From Haplodiscus bocki (lineage: Eukaryota), in assembly GCA_965655095.1 (NCBI GenBank), contig OZ296654.1, forward strand, positions 48,112,001 to 48,176,000: a DNA stretch of 64,000 nt, in the 5' to 3' direction. A program made the position numbers and the translations under genes. Positions within the stretch are counted from its first letter, which is position 1, and each line of letters begins with the position of its first letter. Of this stretch, positions 1-15,000 are shown one piece after another. The notes under the pieces were generated by a model, which saw only the letters and a list, made by a program, of their open reading frames with translations, ran no database searches and was not told the DNA's origin.

Positions 1-3000
1 AAAAGTGACAAGAATGCCAATGGTGCCAGAAGTGTCGAAAGTGGAAAAATTGTCGAATTGCAAAAAGTGCCAAAAGTTTCAAAAGTGCCGAAAAAGCTAA
101 TAGTGACGAAAAGCGCCATTGGTGCCAAAAGTGCCAAAACCGCCAATAGAATCAAATTTGCCTAAAATGACACAATCCCGAAAGTGCTAAATTTGTCAAA
201 AATGCCAAATGTGTGCCAAAACTGACAAATGTGCCATTAATGCCAATAGTGCCGAAGGTGCCAATAGTGCCAAAAGTGCCAAAAGTGCCAATATACAAAA
301 ATGTCAGAACGTCCTTAGTGCGAAAATGCCAAAAAGTACCGACTTTTTCAAAAGTGCCAAACGTTCCAAAAGTGTCAAGAGTGCCAAATTTGTCAAAAAG
401 TCCAAAAAGGTCGAAATAGCCCGGAGTTGGAAAAGCTGCAAAAATTCCAAAAGTTCCAAGAAGATAAAACTTCCTAAAATTCTAGAGGTGCCAAAAGTGG
501 CTAAAGTTCTGAAATGCCGAAAGTGCCAAAACTGCGAAAAGTGGCAATAGTGCCAAAACTGCCAAAAACGCCAATAGTGCCTAAAATGTCGAAAGTGTCA
601 ATTTTGTCGAAATTGCAAAAAGTGCCAAAAGTGTCAAAAGTGCCAAAAAGGCCAATGAAATCAAGGAGCCTAGTAGTCAAAAGTGCCAAAAGTGCCAAAA
701 ATGCCAATAGTGCCAGAAGTGTCGAAAGTGGAAAAATTGCCGAATTGCAAAAAGTGCCAAAATTTTCAAAAGTGCCAAAAATTCTAATTGTGACGAAAAG
801 CGCCATTGGTGCCAAAAGTGCCAAAACCGCCAGTAGAACCAAATTTGCCTAAAGTGACACAATCCCGAAAGTGCTAAATTTGACAAAAATGACAAATGTG
901 TGCCAAAAATGACAAATGTGCCAATAATGCCAATAGTGCCAAAAGTAACAATAGTGCCAAAAGTGCCAAAAGTTCCAATAGACCCAAAAATGTCAATACG
1001 TCCAAAGTGCCAAAGTGCCACAAAGTGCAGACTTTTACAAAAGTGCCGAAAGTTCGAAAAGTGTCAATTGTGCCAAAAGTGTCAAAATGGCAAAAAATGC
1101 CAACAGTATCAAAAGTCCCAAAAACGCCAAATGTGCCAAAGGTTCCAAAAGTTCCAAAGTTGTAAAATTTGCCAGAAATGCGAAAACTGTCAAAATTGGC
1201 TAAAATGCCTGCCGTGCTAAATGCGCAAAAATGGGACAAAAGGTCAAAATTGCCAAAAACGCCAATAGTGCTTAAAATGTCGAAAGTGGCAATTTTGTCG
1301 AAAGTGCAAAACAAGCCAAAAGTGTCAAAAGTAACAAAAATGCCAATGAAATCAAAGAGCCCAGTAGTCAAAAGTGCCAAAAAAGCCAAAAATGCCAATA
1401 GAACCAAATTTGCCTAAAATGACACAATCCCCAAAGTGCTAAATTTGTCAAAAATGCCGAATGTGTGCCAAAATTGACAAATGTACCAATAATTCCAATA
1501 GTGCCAAAAGTGCCAAAAGTGCCAATAGACCCAAAAATGTCAAAACGTCCAAAGTGCCAAAGTGCCAAAAAGTGCGGACTTTTTCAAAAGTGCCAAACGT
1601 TCCAAAAGTGTCAAGAGTGCCAAAAAGGTCGAAATAGCCCGAAGTTGGAAAAGCTGCAAAAATTCCAAAAGTTCCAAGAGGATAAAATTTCCTAAATTTC
1701 TAGAGGTGCCAAAAGTGCCTAAAGTTCTACAATGCCGAAAGTGCCAAAACTGCCAAAAGTGGCAAAAGTGCCAAAAGTGCCAACATGGCCAATTGTGCCA
1801 ATATTGCCAAAAACGCCATTAAAGTCAAAAGTCCCAAAACTGCCAAAAGAGTCAAAAGTGCCAAAATGTCCAAAGTGCCAAATGCGCCAAAACTGCCAAA
1901 AACTTCAGAAGTGCCGAAAATTTGAAAAGTGCCAACAGTGTCTAGTTTGCCGAAAAGGCCGAAAATGCTAATAGTGAAGAAAAGTGCCAGTAGTGCCGGA
2001 GACGGCAATTGTTCCAATAGTACCACAAGTGACAAAAGTTCCAAAAGTGCCAACATTGCCAAAAAAGCCAATAGCATCAAAAGACCCAATAGTGACAAAA
2101 GTGCCAAAAAGATTCCGAAAGTTCCAAAGTTGTCAAAAGTGGCAAAAGTGCGAAAAACGTCAAAAAATTGCCAAAATTGGATAAATTGCCTGCAGTGCCA
2201 GATGCGCAAAAGGGCCTAAAAATCAAAAGTGCCAAAAGTGACAAGAATGCCAATAGTGCCAAAAGTGTCGAAAGTGGAAAAATTGTCGAAGTGCAAAAAG
2301 TGCCAAAAGTTTCAAAAGTGTCGAAAATGCTAATAGTGACGAAAAGCGCCATTGGTGCCAAAAGTGCTAAAACCGCCAATAGAACCAAACTTGCCTAGAA
2401 TGACACAATCCCGAAAGTGCTAAATTTGTCAAAAATGCCAAATGTGTGCCAAAAAAGACAAATGTGCCATGAATGCCAATAGTGCAAAAGGTGCCAAGAG
2501 TGCCAAAAGTGCCAAAAGTGCCAATAGACCCAAAAATGTCAATACGTCCAAAATAGTCTCATAAGTCCCAAAAACGCCAAATGTGCCAAAGGTTCCCAAA
2601 GTTCCAAAGTTGTCAAAATTGCCAAAAGCGCGAAAACTGTCAGAATTGGCTAAAATGCATGCCGTGCTAAATGCGCAAAATGGGACAGAACGTCAAAATT
2701 GCCAAAAACGCCAATAGTGCCAAAAATATCGAAAGTGGCAATTTTGTCGAAATTGCAAAATGTGCCAAAAGTGTCAAAAGTGCCAAAAAAGCCAAGGATA
2801 TCAAAGGGCCCAGTAATCAAAAGTGCCAAAAGTGCCAAAAATGCCAATAGTGCCAAAAGTGTCGAAAAAGGCAAAATTGTCGAAAATGCAAAAAGTGCCA
2901 AAAGTGTCAAAAGTGCCGGAAATGCTAATAGTGACAAAAAGCGCCAAAGAGCCAATTTTGGCTAAAATGCCACAAGCCCGAAAGTGCTAATATTGCCAAC

Positions 3001-6000
3001 AATGCCAAATGTTTGGCAAAAATGTCAAATGTGCCAAAATGCCAAACGTTCCAAAAGTATCAAGAGTGCCAAAATTGTCAAAAGTGCCAAAAAGGTCGAA
3101 ATATCCGGAAGTTCGAAAAGTGCCAAAAGTTCCAATAGTTCCAAGAAGTTAAAATTTCTTAAAATTCCAGAAGTGCCAAAAATGCCTAAAGTGCTAAAAT
3201 GCCGAAAGTGCCAAAACTGCCAAAAATGGCAAAAGTGCCAAAAGTGCCAATATAGCCAATTGTGCCAACAGTGCCAAAAGCGCCATTAAAGTCAAAAGTG
3301 CCAAAACTGCCAAAAGAGCCAAAAATGCCACAATGTCCACAGTGCCAAATGCGCAAAAACTGCCAAAAACGTCAAAAGTGCCGAAAATTTGAAAAGTGCC
3401 AACAGTGTCAAATTTGCCGAAAGTGCCAAAAATGCTAATAGTGAAGAAAAGTGCCAATAGTGCCGAAGGTGTCAAAAGTGCCAGTAGAGCCAAAAGTGCC
3501 AAAATGTCCAAAGTGCCAAATGTGCCAAATATGGCAAAAGTGCTAAACTTGCCGAAAATTCCGAAAGTGCCAAGTTTGCCGATAAAGACAATAGTGGCAA
3601 AAGCGCCAAAGAAGGCAATTGTTCCAAAAGTACCACAAGTGACAAAGTTCCAAAAGTGCCAACACTGCCAAAAAAGCCAATAGCATCAAAAGTCCCAATA
3701 TTGACAAAAGTGCCAAAAAGATTCCTAATGTTCCAAAGTTGTCAAAACTGGCAAAAGTGCGAAAAATGTCAAAATTGCCAAAATTGGCCAAAATGCATGC
3801 AGTGCCAAATGCGCAAAAAGGGCCAAAATGTCAAAAGCGCCAAAAGTGCCAAAATTGCCAATTGTGCCAAAAGTGTCAAAAGTGCCGGAAATGTTAATAT
3901 TGAAGAAAGGCGCCAATAGGGCCAAAATTGGCTAAAGTGCCACAAGTCCGAAAGTGCTAAATTTGTCAACAATGCCAAATGTTTGTCAAAATGTCACATG
4001 TGCCAAAATGCCAAACGTTCCTAAAGTGTCAAGAGTGCCAAAATGTCAAAAGTGCCAAAAGGTCGAAAAAGCCGGAATTTCGAAAAATACCAAAAAAGCC
4101 AATAAAGCCAATTGTGCCATTAGTGCAAAAAGCGCCATTCAAGTCGAAAGTGCCAAAACTGCCAAAAGAGCCAAAAGTGCCAAAATGTCCAAAGTGCCAA
4201 ATGCGCCAAAATGACCAAAATGTCAAAAGTGCTGAAAGTTTGAAAACTGCCAACTGTGTCAAAATTGCCGAAAGTGCCAAAAATGCTAATAGTGAAGAAA
4301 AGTGCCAATAAAGCCGAAGGTGTCAAAAGTGCCAGTAGAGCCAAAAGTGCCAAAATGTCCAAAGTGCCAAATGTGCCAAATATGGCAAAAGTGCTAAACT
4401 TGCCGAAAATTCCGCAAGCGCCAAAGAAGGCAATTGTTCCAAAAAGTACCACAAGTGACAAAAGTTCCAAAAGTGCCAACACTGCCAAAAAAGCCAATAG
4501 CATCAAAAGTCCCAATATTGACAAAAGTGCCAAAAAGGTTCCTAATGTTCCAAAGTTGTCAAAACTGGCAAAAGTGCGAAAAATGTCAAAATTGCCAAAA
4601 TTGGCCAAAATGCATGCAGTGCCAAATGCGCAAAAAGGGCCAAAATGTCAAAAGCGCCAAAAGTGCCAAAATTGCCAATTGTGCCAAACAAGTCGAAAGT
4701 GGCAAAAGTGTCGAAATTGCAAAAAGTGCCAAAAGTGTCAAAAGTGCCGGAAATGTTAATATTGAAGAAAGGCGCCAATAGGGCCAAAATTGGCTAAAGT
4801 GCCATAAGTCCGAAAGTGCTAAATTTGTCAACAATGCCAAATGTTTGTCAAAATGTCACATGTGCCAAAATGCCAAACGTTCCTAAAGTGTCAATTGTGC
4901 CAAAATGTCAAAAGTGCCAAAAGGTCGAAAAAGCCGGAATTTCGAAAAATACCAAAAAAGCCAATAAAGCCAATTGTGCCATTAGTGCAAAAAGCGCCAT
5001 TAAAGTCGAAAGTGCCAAAACTGCCAAAAGAGCCAAAAGTGCCAAAATGTCCAAAGTGCCAAATGCGCCAAAAGTGACCAAAATGTCAAAAGTGCTGAAA
5101 GTTTGAAAACTGCCAACTGTGTCAAAATTGCCGAAAGTGCCAAAAATGCTAATAGTGAAGAAAAGTGCCAATAAAGCCGAAGGTGTCAAAAGTGCCAGTA
5201 GAGCCAAAAGTGCCAAAATGTCCAAAGTGCCAAATGTGCCAAATATGGCAAAAGTGCTAAACTTGCCGAAAATTCCGCAAAAACCAAAGACGGCAATTGT
5301 TCCAATAGTACCACAAGTGACAAAATTTCCAAAAGTGCCAACATTGCCAAAAAAGCCAATAGCATCAAAAGTCCCAATATTGACAAAAGTGCCAAAAAGT
5401 TTCCGAATGTTCCAAATTTGTCAAAAATGGCAAAAGTGCGAAAATTGTCAAAATTGCCAAAATTGGCCAAATTGCCTGCAGTGCCAAATGCGCAAAAAAG
5501 GTCAAAACGTCAAAACCGCCAAAAGGGCCAAAATTGCCAATTGTGCCGAAAAAGTCGAAAGTGGCAAAATTGTCGAAATTGCCAAGAGTGCCAAAAAAGC
5601 CAATAGTGCCGAAAGTGTCGAAAGTGGCAAAATTGTTGAAATTGCAAAAAGTGCCAAAAGTGTCAAAAGTGCCGGAAATATTAATATTGAAGAAAGGCGC
5701 CAATAGAGCCAAATTGGCTAAAGTGCCACAAGTCCGAAAGTGCTAAATTTGTCAACAATGCCAAATGTTTGTCAAAAATGTCAGATGTGCCAAAATGCCA
5801 AACAATCCAAAAGTGTCATGAGTGCCGACATTGTCAAAAGTGCCAAATGTGACAAAGTTGCCAATAGTTCCAAAAAATGCCGAAACTGGCAAAATCGTCG
5901 AAATTGCCAAAAGTGCCTAAAATGTCAAAAGTGCCAAAAATGCCAAAAGTATCAAAAGTCCCAATAGTGCCAAAAACTGCCAAAGGTTCCAATTTCTATA

Positions 6001-9000
6001 GTTGTCAAAAGTACAAATAGAGCCAAGTTTGGCTGAAGTGCCACAATGCCTAATGTGCTAAGTTTGTCAACAATGCCAAATGTTTGTCAAAATTACAAAT
6101 GTGCCAAAGTCCCAAACGTTCCTAAAGTGTCAAGTGTGCCAAAATTTCAAAATTGCCAAAAAGGTCGAAATAGCCGGAATTTCAAAAAGTACCAAAAGAG
6201 CCAATCTAGCCAATTGTGCCATTGGTGCAAAAAGCGCCATTAAAGTCGAAAGTGTCAAAACTGCCAAAAGAGCCAAAAGTGCCAAAAGGTCCAAAGTGCC
6301 AAATGCGCCAAATATGGCAAACGTGCTAAACTTGCCGAAATTTCCGAAAGTGCCAAATTTGTCGATAAAGACAAAAGTGGCAAAAGCGCCAAAGAAGGCA
6401 ATTGTTCCAAAAGTACCACAAGTGACAAAAATTCCAAAAGTGCCAACATTGCCAAAAAAGCCAATATCATCAAAAGTCCCAATATTGACAAAAGTGCCAA
6501 AAAGTTTCCGAATGTTCCAAATTTGTCAAAAATGGCAAAAGTGCGAAAATTGTCAAAATTGCCAAAATTGGCCAAATTGCCTGCAGTGCCAAATGCGCAA
6601 AAAAGGCCAAAACGTCAAAACCGCCAAAAGGGCCAAAATTGCCAATTTTGCCGAAAAAGTCGAAAGTGGCAAAATTGTCGAAAATGCCAAGAGTGCCAAA
6701 AAAGCCAATAGTGCCATAAGTGTCGAAAGTGGCAAAATTGTTGAAATTGCAAAAAGTGCCAAAAGTGTCAAAAGTGCCGGAAATATAAATATTGAAGAAA
6801 GGCGCCAATAGAGCCAAATTGGCTAAAGTGCCACAAGTCCGAAAGTGCTAAATTTGTCAACAATGCCAAATGTTTGTCAAAAATGTCAGATGTGCCAAAA
6901 TGCCAAACAATCCAAAAGTGTCATGAGTGCCGACATTGTCAAAAGTGCCAAATGTGACAAAGTGGCCAATAGTTCCAAAAAATGCCGAAACTGGCAAAAT
7001 CGTCGAAATTGCCAAAAGTGCCTAAAATGTCAAAAGTGCCAAAAATGCCAATAGTATCAAAAGTCCCAATAGTGCCAAAAGTGCCAAAGGTTCCAATTTC
7101 TATAGTTGTCAAAAGTACAAATAGAGCCAAATTTGGATGAAGTGCCACAATGCCTAATGTGCTAAGTTTGTCAACAATGCCAAATATTTGTCAAAATTAC
7201 AAATGTGCCAAAGTCCCAAACATTCCTAAAGTGTCAAGTAAGCCAAAATTTCAAAAGTGCCAAAAAGGTCGAAATAGCGGAATTTCAGAAAGTACCAAAA
7301 GAGCCAATCTAGCCAATTGTGCCATTGGTGCAAAAAGCTCCCTTAAAGTCGAAAGTGCCAAAACTGCCAAAAGAGCCAAAAGTGCCAAAAGGTCCAAAGT
7401 GCCAAATGCGCCATAACTGACCAAAATGTCAAAAGTGCCCAAAAATTGAAAACTGCCAACTGTGTCAAATTTGCCGAAAGTGTCAAAAATGCTAATAGTG
7501 AAGAAAAGTGCCAATAGTGCCGAAGGTGTCAAAATTGCCAGTAGAGCCGAAAGTGCCAAATGTCCAAAGTGCCAAATGTGTCAAATATGGCAAAAGTGCT
7601 AAACTTGCCGAAAATTCCGCAAGTGCCAAAGACGGCAAATGTTCCATTAGTACCACAAGTGACAAAATTTCCAAAAGTGCCAACATTGCCAAAAAAGCCA
7701 ATAGCATCGGAAGTCCCAATAGTGACAAAAGTGCCAAAGGTTCCGAAAGTTCCAAAGTTGTCAAAAGTGGCAAAGGTGCGAAAAATGTCAAAATTGCCAA
7801 GAGAGCCAAAAATGTCGAAAGTGGCAAAATTGTCGAAAGTGGCAAATTGTTGAAATTGCAAAAAGTGCCAAAAGTGTCAAAAGTGCCGGAAATGCTAAAA
7901 TTGAAGAAAAGCGCCAATAGAGTCAAAATTGGCTAAAATGCCACAAGGCCGAAAGTGCTAAATTTGTCAACAATGCCAAATGTTTGTCAAAAATGTCAGA
8001 TTTGCCAAAATGCCAAACAATCCAAAAGTGTCAAGAGTGCCAAAATTGTCAAAAGTGCCAAATGTGACAAAATTGCCAATAGTGCCAAAAATGTCGAAAG
8101 TGGCAAAAATGTCGAAAAGGCCAAAAGTGCCAAAAATATCGAAAGTGCCAAAAATGCCAATAGCATCAAAAGTCCCAATAGTGCAAAAAGTGCCATAGGT
8201 TCCAAAAGTTCTATAGTTGTCAAAAAAACAAAAAGAGCCAAATTTGGCGGAAGTGCCACAATGCCTAATGTGCTAAAATGCCGAAAGTGCCAAAACTGCC
8301 AAAAGTGGCAATAGTGCCAAAAGTGCCGATATAGCCAATTGTGCCAATACTGCCGAAAGCGCCATTAAAGTCAAAAGTGCCAAAACTGCGAAAAGTGCGA
8401 ACAGTGTCAGATTTGCCGAAAGTGCCAAAAATGCTAATAGTGAAGAAAAGTGCCAATAGTGCCAAAGACGGCAATAGTTACAATAGTACCATAAGTGACA
8501 AAAGTTCCAAAAGTGCCAACATTGCCAAAAAAGCCAATAGCATCGAAAGTCCCAAAAGTGACAAAAGCGCCAAAGGTTCCGAAAAATCCAAAGTTGTCAA
8601 AAGTGGCAAAAGTGCGGAAAATGTCAAAAATGCCAAAATTGGCCAAATTGCCTGCAGTGCCAATTGCGCAAAAAGGGCCAAAAAATCAAAAGTGATAAAA
8701 GTGCCAAAAATGCCAATAGAGCCAAAAGTGCCAGAAATGCCAAAATTGCCAAGAGTGCCAAAAATGTCGAAAGTGGCAAAATTATCGAAAGTGGCAAAAT
8801 TGTTGAAATTGAAGAAAGTGCCAAAAGTGTCAAAAGTGCCGGAAATGCTAAAATTGAAGAAAAGCGCCAATAGAGTCAAAATTGGCCAAAGTGCCACAAG
8901 GCCGAAAGTGCTAAATTTGTCAACAATGCCAAATGTTTGTCAAAAATGTCAGATGTGCCAAAATGCCAAACAATCCAAAAGTGTCAAGAGTGCCAAAATT

Positions 9001-12000
9001 GTCAAAAGTGCCAAATGTGACAAAATTGCCAATAGTGCCAAAAATGTCGAAAGTGGCAAAATTGTCGAAAATGCCAAAATTGCCAAAAATGTCAAAAGTG
9101 CCAAAAATGCCAATAGTATCAAAAGTCCCAATAGTGCCAAAACTGCCAAAGGTTCCAATTTCTATAGTTGTCAAAAGTACAAATAGAGCCAAATTTGGAT
9201 GAAGTGCCACAATGCCTAATGTGCTAAGTTTGTCAACAATGCCAAATGTTTGTCAAAATTACAAATGTGCCAAAGTCCCAAACGTTCCTAAAGTGTCAAG
9301 TAAGCCAAAATTTCAAAATTGCCAAAAAGGTCGAAATAGCCGGAATTTCAAAAAGTACCAAAAGAGCCAATCTAGCCAATTGTGCCATTGGTGCAAAAAG
9401 CGCCATTAAAGTCAAAAGTGCCAAAACTGCGAAAAGAGCCAAAAGTGTCAAAATTTCCAAAGTGCTAAATGCGCCAAAACTGCCAAAAATGTCAGAAGTG
9501 CCGAAACTTCGAAAAGTGCGAACAGTGTCAGATTTGCCGAAAGTGCCAAAAATGCTAATAGTGAAGAAAAGTGCCAATGGTGCCGAAGACGGCAATTGTT
9601 GCAATAGTACCATACGTGACAAAAGTTCCAAAAGTGCCAACATTGCCAAAAAAACCAATAGCTTCGAAAGTCCCAATAGTGACAAAAGCGCCAAAGGTTC
9701 CGAAAAATCCAAAGTTGTCAAAAGTGGCAAAAGTGCGGAAAATGTCAAAAGTGCCAAAATTGGCCAAATTGCCGGCAGTGCAAAATGCGCAAAAAGGGCC
9801 GAAAAATCAAAAGTGACAAAAGTGCCAAAAATGCCAATAGTGCCAAAAGTGTCCAAAGTGGAAAAATTGTCGAAAATGCAAAAAATGCCAAAAGTGTCAA
9901 AAGTGCCAAAAATGCCAATGATATCAAAGGGCCCAGTGGTCAAAAGTGCCAAAAGTGCCAAAAATGCCAATAGTGCCAAAAGTGTCGAAAAAGGCAAAAT
10001 TGTCGAAATTGCATAAAGTGCCAAAAGTGTCAAAAGTGACGGAAATGCTAATAGTGACAAAAAGGCCCAATAGAGCCAAATTTGGCTAAATTGCCACAAG
10101 GTCGAAAGTGCTAATGTTTGCAAAAATACCAAATGTTTGGCAAACAAGTCAAATGTGCCGAAATGCCAAACGTTCCAAAAGTATCAAGAGTGCCAAAATT
10201 GTCAAAAGTGCCAAAAAGGTCGAAATATCCGGAAGTTCGAAAAGTGCCAAAAGTTCCAAAAGTTCCAAGAAGTTAAAATTTCTTAAAATTCCAGAAGTGC
10301 CAAAAGTGCCTAAAGTGTTAAAATGCCGAAAGTGCCAAAACTGCCAAAAGTGGCAAAGTGCCAAAAGTGCCAATACAGCCAATTATGCCAACAAAGCCAA
10401 AGGCACCATTAAAGTCAAAAGTGCCAAAACTGACAAAAGAGCCAAAAGTGCCAAAATGTCCAAAGTGACAAATGCGCCAAAGGTGCCAAAAACGTCAGAA
10501 TTGCCGAAAATTTGAAAAGTGCCAACAGTGTCAATATTTGCCGAAAGTGCCAAAAATGGTAATAGTGAAGAAAAGTGCCAATAGTGCCGAAGGCGTCATA
10601 AGTGACAGTAGAGCCAAAAGTGCCAAAAGGTCCAAAGTGCCAAATGTGCCAAATATGGCAAAAGTGCTAAACTTGCCGAAATTTCCGAAAGTGCCAAATT
10701 TGTCGATAAAGACAAAAGTGGCAAAAGCGCCAAAGAAGGCATTTGTTCCAAAAGTACCACAAGTGACAAAAGTTCCAAAAGTGCCAACATTGCCAAAGAA
10801 GCCAATAGCATCGAAAGTCCCAATATTGACAGTAGTGCCAAAAAGGTTCCGAATGTTCCAAAGTTGTCAAAAGTGGCAAAAGTGCGAAAAATGTCAAAAT
10901 TGCCAAAATTGGCCAAAATGCATGCAGTGCCAAATGCGCAAAAAGGGCCAAAATGTCAAAAGCACCAAAAGTGCCAAAATTGCCAATTGTGCGAAAAAAG
11001 TCGGAAGTGGCAAAATTGTCGAAATTGACAAAAGTGCCAAAAATGCCAATAGTGCCAAAAGTGTCGAAAGTGGCAAAATTGTTGAAATTGCAAAAAGTGC
11101 CAATGGTGTCAAAAGTGCCGGAAATGTTAATATTGAAGAAAGGCGCCAATAGAGCCAAAATTGGCTAAAGTGCCACGAGGCCGAAAGTGCAAAATTTCTC
11201 AACAATGCCAAATGTTTGTCAAAATTACAAATGTGCCAAAATGGCAAGTGTTCCTAAAGTGTCAAGTGTACCAAAATGTCAAAAGTGCCAAAAGGTCGAA
11301 ATAGCCGGAATTTCGAAAAGTACCAAAAAAGCCAATATAGCCAATTGTGCCATTAGTGCAAAAAGCGCCATTAAAGTCGAAAGTGCCGAACCTGCCAAAA
11401 GAGCCAAAAGTACCAAATGCGCCAAAACTGACCAAAATGTCAAAAGTGCCGAAAATTTGAAAACTGCCAACTGTGTCAAATTTGCCGAAAGTGCCAAAAA
11501 TGCTAATAGTGAAGAAAAGTGCCAATAGTGCCGAAAATGTCAAAAGTGCTAGTAGTGCCAAAAGTGCCAAAATGTCCAAAGTGCCAAATGTGCCAAAAAT
11601 GGTAAAAGTGCTAAACTTGCAGAAAATTCCGCAAGCGCCAAAGAAGGCAATTGTTCCAAAAAGTACCACAAGTGACAAAAGTTCCAAAAGTGCCAACATT
11701 GCCAAAAAATCCAATATAATCAAAAGCCCCAATATTGACAAAAGTGCCAAAAAGGTTCCGAATGTTCCAAAGTTGTCAAAAGTGGCAAAAGTGCGAAAAA
11801 TGTCAAAATTGCCAAAATTGGCCAAATTGCCTGCAGTACCAAATGCGCAAAAATGGCGATAATGTCAAAAGCGCCAAAAGGGCCAAAAGTGCCGATTGTG
11901 CCAAAAAAGTCGAAAGTGGCAAAATTGTCGAAATTGCCAAAAGTGCCGAAAATGCCAATAGTGCCAAAAGTGTCGAAAGTGGCAAAATTGTTGAAATTGC

Positions 12001-15000
12001 AAAAATTCCCAAAAGTTTCAAAAGTGCCGGAATTGTTAATATTGAAGAAAGGCGCCAATAGAGCCAAATTAGCTAAAGTGCCACAAATCCAAAAGTGCTA
12101 AATTTGTCAACAATGCCAAATGTTGGTCAAAAATGTCAGTTTTGCCAAAATGCCAAACAATCCAAAATTGTCAAGAGTGCCAAAATTGTCAAAAGTGCCA
12201 AATGTGACAAAATTGCCAATAGTGCCAAAAATCTCGAAAGTGGCAAAATTGTCGAAATTGCCAAAAGTGCCAAAAATGTCAAAAGTGCCAAAAATGCCAA
12301 TAGTATCAATAGTCCTAATAGTGTCAAAAGTGCCAAAGCTTCCAAAAGTTCTACAGTTGTCAAATGTACAAATACAGCCAAATTTGGCTGAAGTGCCACA
12401 AGGCCTAGGGTGCTAAATTTGTCAACAATGCCAAATGTTTGTCAAAATTACAAATGTGCCAAAATGTCAAACGTTCCTAAAGTGTCAAGTGTGCCAAAAT
12501 TTCAAAAGTGCCAAAAGGGTCGATATAGCCGCAACTTCGAAAAGTACCAAAAAAGCCAATATAGCCAATTGTGCCATTAGTGCAAAAAGCGCCATTAAAG
12601 TCGAAAGTGCCGAACCTGCCAAAAGAGCCAAAAGTACCAAATGCGCCAAAACTGACCAAAATGTCAAAAGTGCCGAAAATTTGAAAACTGCCAACTGTGT
12701 CAAATTTGCCGAAAGTGCCAAAAGTGCTAATAGTGAAGAAAAGTGCCAATAGTGCCGAAAATGTCAAAAGTGCTAGTAGTGCCAAAAGTGCCAAAATGTC
12801 CAAAGTGCCAAATGTGCCAAATATGGTAAAAGTGCTAAACTTGCCGAAAATTCCGCAAGCGCCAAAGAAGGCAATTGTTCCGAAAAGTACCACAAGTGAC
12901 AAAAGTTCCAAAAGTGCCAACATTGCCAAAAAAGCCAATAGCATCAAAAGCCCCAATATTGACAAAAGTGCCAAAAAGGTTCCGAATGTTCCAAAGTTGT
13001 CAAAAGTGGCAAAAGTGCGAAAAATGTCAAAATTGCCAAAATTGGCTAAAATGCCTGCAGTGCCAAATGCGCAAAAAGGGCCTAAAAATCAAAATTGCCA
13101 AAAGTGACAAAAATGCCAATAGTGCCAAAAGTGTCGAAAGTGGAAAAACTGTCGAAATTGCCAAAAGTGCCGAAAATGCCAATAGTGCCAAAAGTGTCGA
13201 AAGTGGCAAAATTGTTGAAATTGCAAAAATTCCCAAAAGTTTCAAAAGTGCCGGAATTGTTAATATTGAAGAAAGGCGCCAATAGAGCCAAATTAGCTAA
13301 AGTGCCACGAATCCAAAAGTGCTAAATTTGTCAACAATGCCAAATGTTGGTCAAAAATGTCAGTTTTGCCAAAATGCCAAACAATCCAAAATTGTCAAGA
13401 GTGCCAAAATTGTCGAAAGTGCCAAATGTGACAAAATTGCCAATAGTGCCAAAAATCTCGAAAGTGGCAAAATTGTCGAAATTGCCAAAAGTGCCAAAAA
13501 TGTCAAAAGTGCCAAAAAGGCCAATAGTATCAATAGTCCTAATAGTGTCAAAAGTGCCAAAGCTTCCAAAAGTTCTACAGTTGTCAAATGTACAAATACA
13601 GCCAAATTTGGCTGAAGTGCCACAAGGCCTAGGGTGCTAAATTTGTCAACAATGCCAAATGTTTGTCAAAATTACAAATGTGCCAAAATGTCAAACGTTC
13701 CTAAAGTGTCAAGTGTGCCAAAATTTCAAAAGTGCCAAAAGGGTCGATATAGCCGCAACTTCGAAAAGTACCAAAAAAGCCAATATAGCCAATTGTGCCA
13801 TTAGTGCAAAAAGCGCCATTAAAGTCGAAAGTGCCGAACCTGCCAAAAGAGCCAAAAGTACCAAATGCGCCAAAACTGACCAAAATGTCAAAAGTGCCGA
13901 AAATTTGAAAACTGCCAACTGTGTCAAATTTGCCGAAAGTGCCAAAAATGCTAATAGTGAAGAAAAGTGCCAATAGTGCCAAAAATGTCAAAAGTGCTAG
14001 TAGTGCCAAAAGTGCCAAAATGTCCAAAGTGCCAAATGTGCCAAATATGGTAAAAGTGCTAAACTTGCCGAAAATTCCGCAAGCGCCAAAGAAGGCAATT
14101 GTTCCGAAAAGTACCACAAGTGACAAAAGTTCCAAAAGTGCCAACATTGCCAAAAAAGCCATTAGCATCAAAAGCCCCAATATTGACAAAAGTGCCAAAA
14201 AGGTTCCGAATGTTCCAAAGTTGTCAAAAGTGGCAAAAGTGCGAAAAATGTCAAAATTGCCAAAATTGGCCAAATTGCCTGCAGTGCCAAATGTGCAAAA
14301 AGTGCGATAATGTCAGAAGCGCCAAAAGGGCCAAAAGTGCCGATTGTGCCAAAAAAGTCGAAAGTGGCAAAATTGTCGAAATTGCCAAAAGTGCCAAAAA
14401 TGCCAATAGTGCCAAAAGTGTCGAAAGTGGCAAAATTGTTGAAATTGCAAAAATTCCCAAAAGTTTCAAATGTGCCGGAATTGTTAATATTGAAGAAAGG
14501 CGCCAGTAGAGCCAAATTAGCTAAAGTGCCACAAGTCCAAAAGTGCTAAAATTGTCAACAATGCCAAATGTTGGTCAAAAATGTCAGTTTTGCCAAAATG
14601 CCACACAATCCAAAATTGTCAAGAGTGCCAAAATTGTCAAAAGTGCCAAATGTGACAAATATGCCAATAGTGCCAAAAATGTCGAAAGTGGCAAAATTGT
14701 CGAAATTGCCAAAAGTGCCAAAAATGTCAAAAGTGCCAAAAATGTCAAAAGTGCCAAAAATGCCAATAGTATCAATAGTCCTAATAGTGTCAAAAGTGCC
14801 AAAACTGCCAAAAGAGCCAAAATATCCAAAGTTCAAAATGCGCCAAAACTGATCAAAATGTCAAAAGTGCCGAAACTTTGAAAACTGCCAACTGTGTCAA
14901 ATTTGCCGAAAGTGCCAAAAATGCTAATAGTGAAGAAAAGTGCCAATAGTGCCGAAGGTGTCAAAAGTGCCAGTAGAGCCAAAAGTGCCAAAATGTCCAA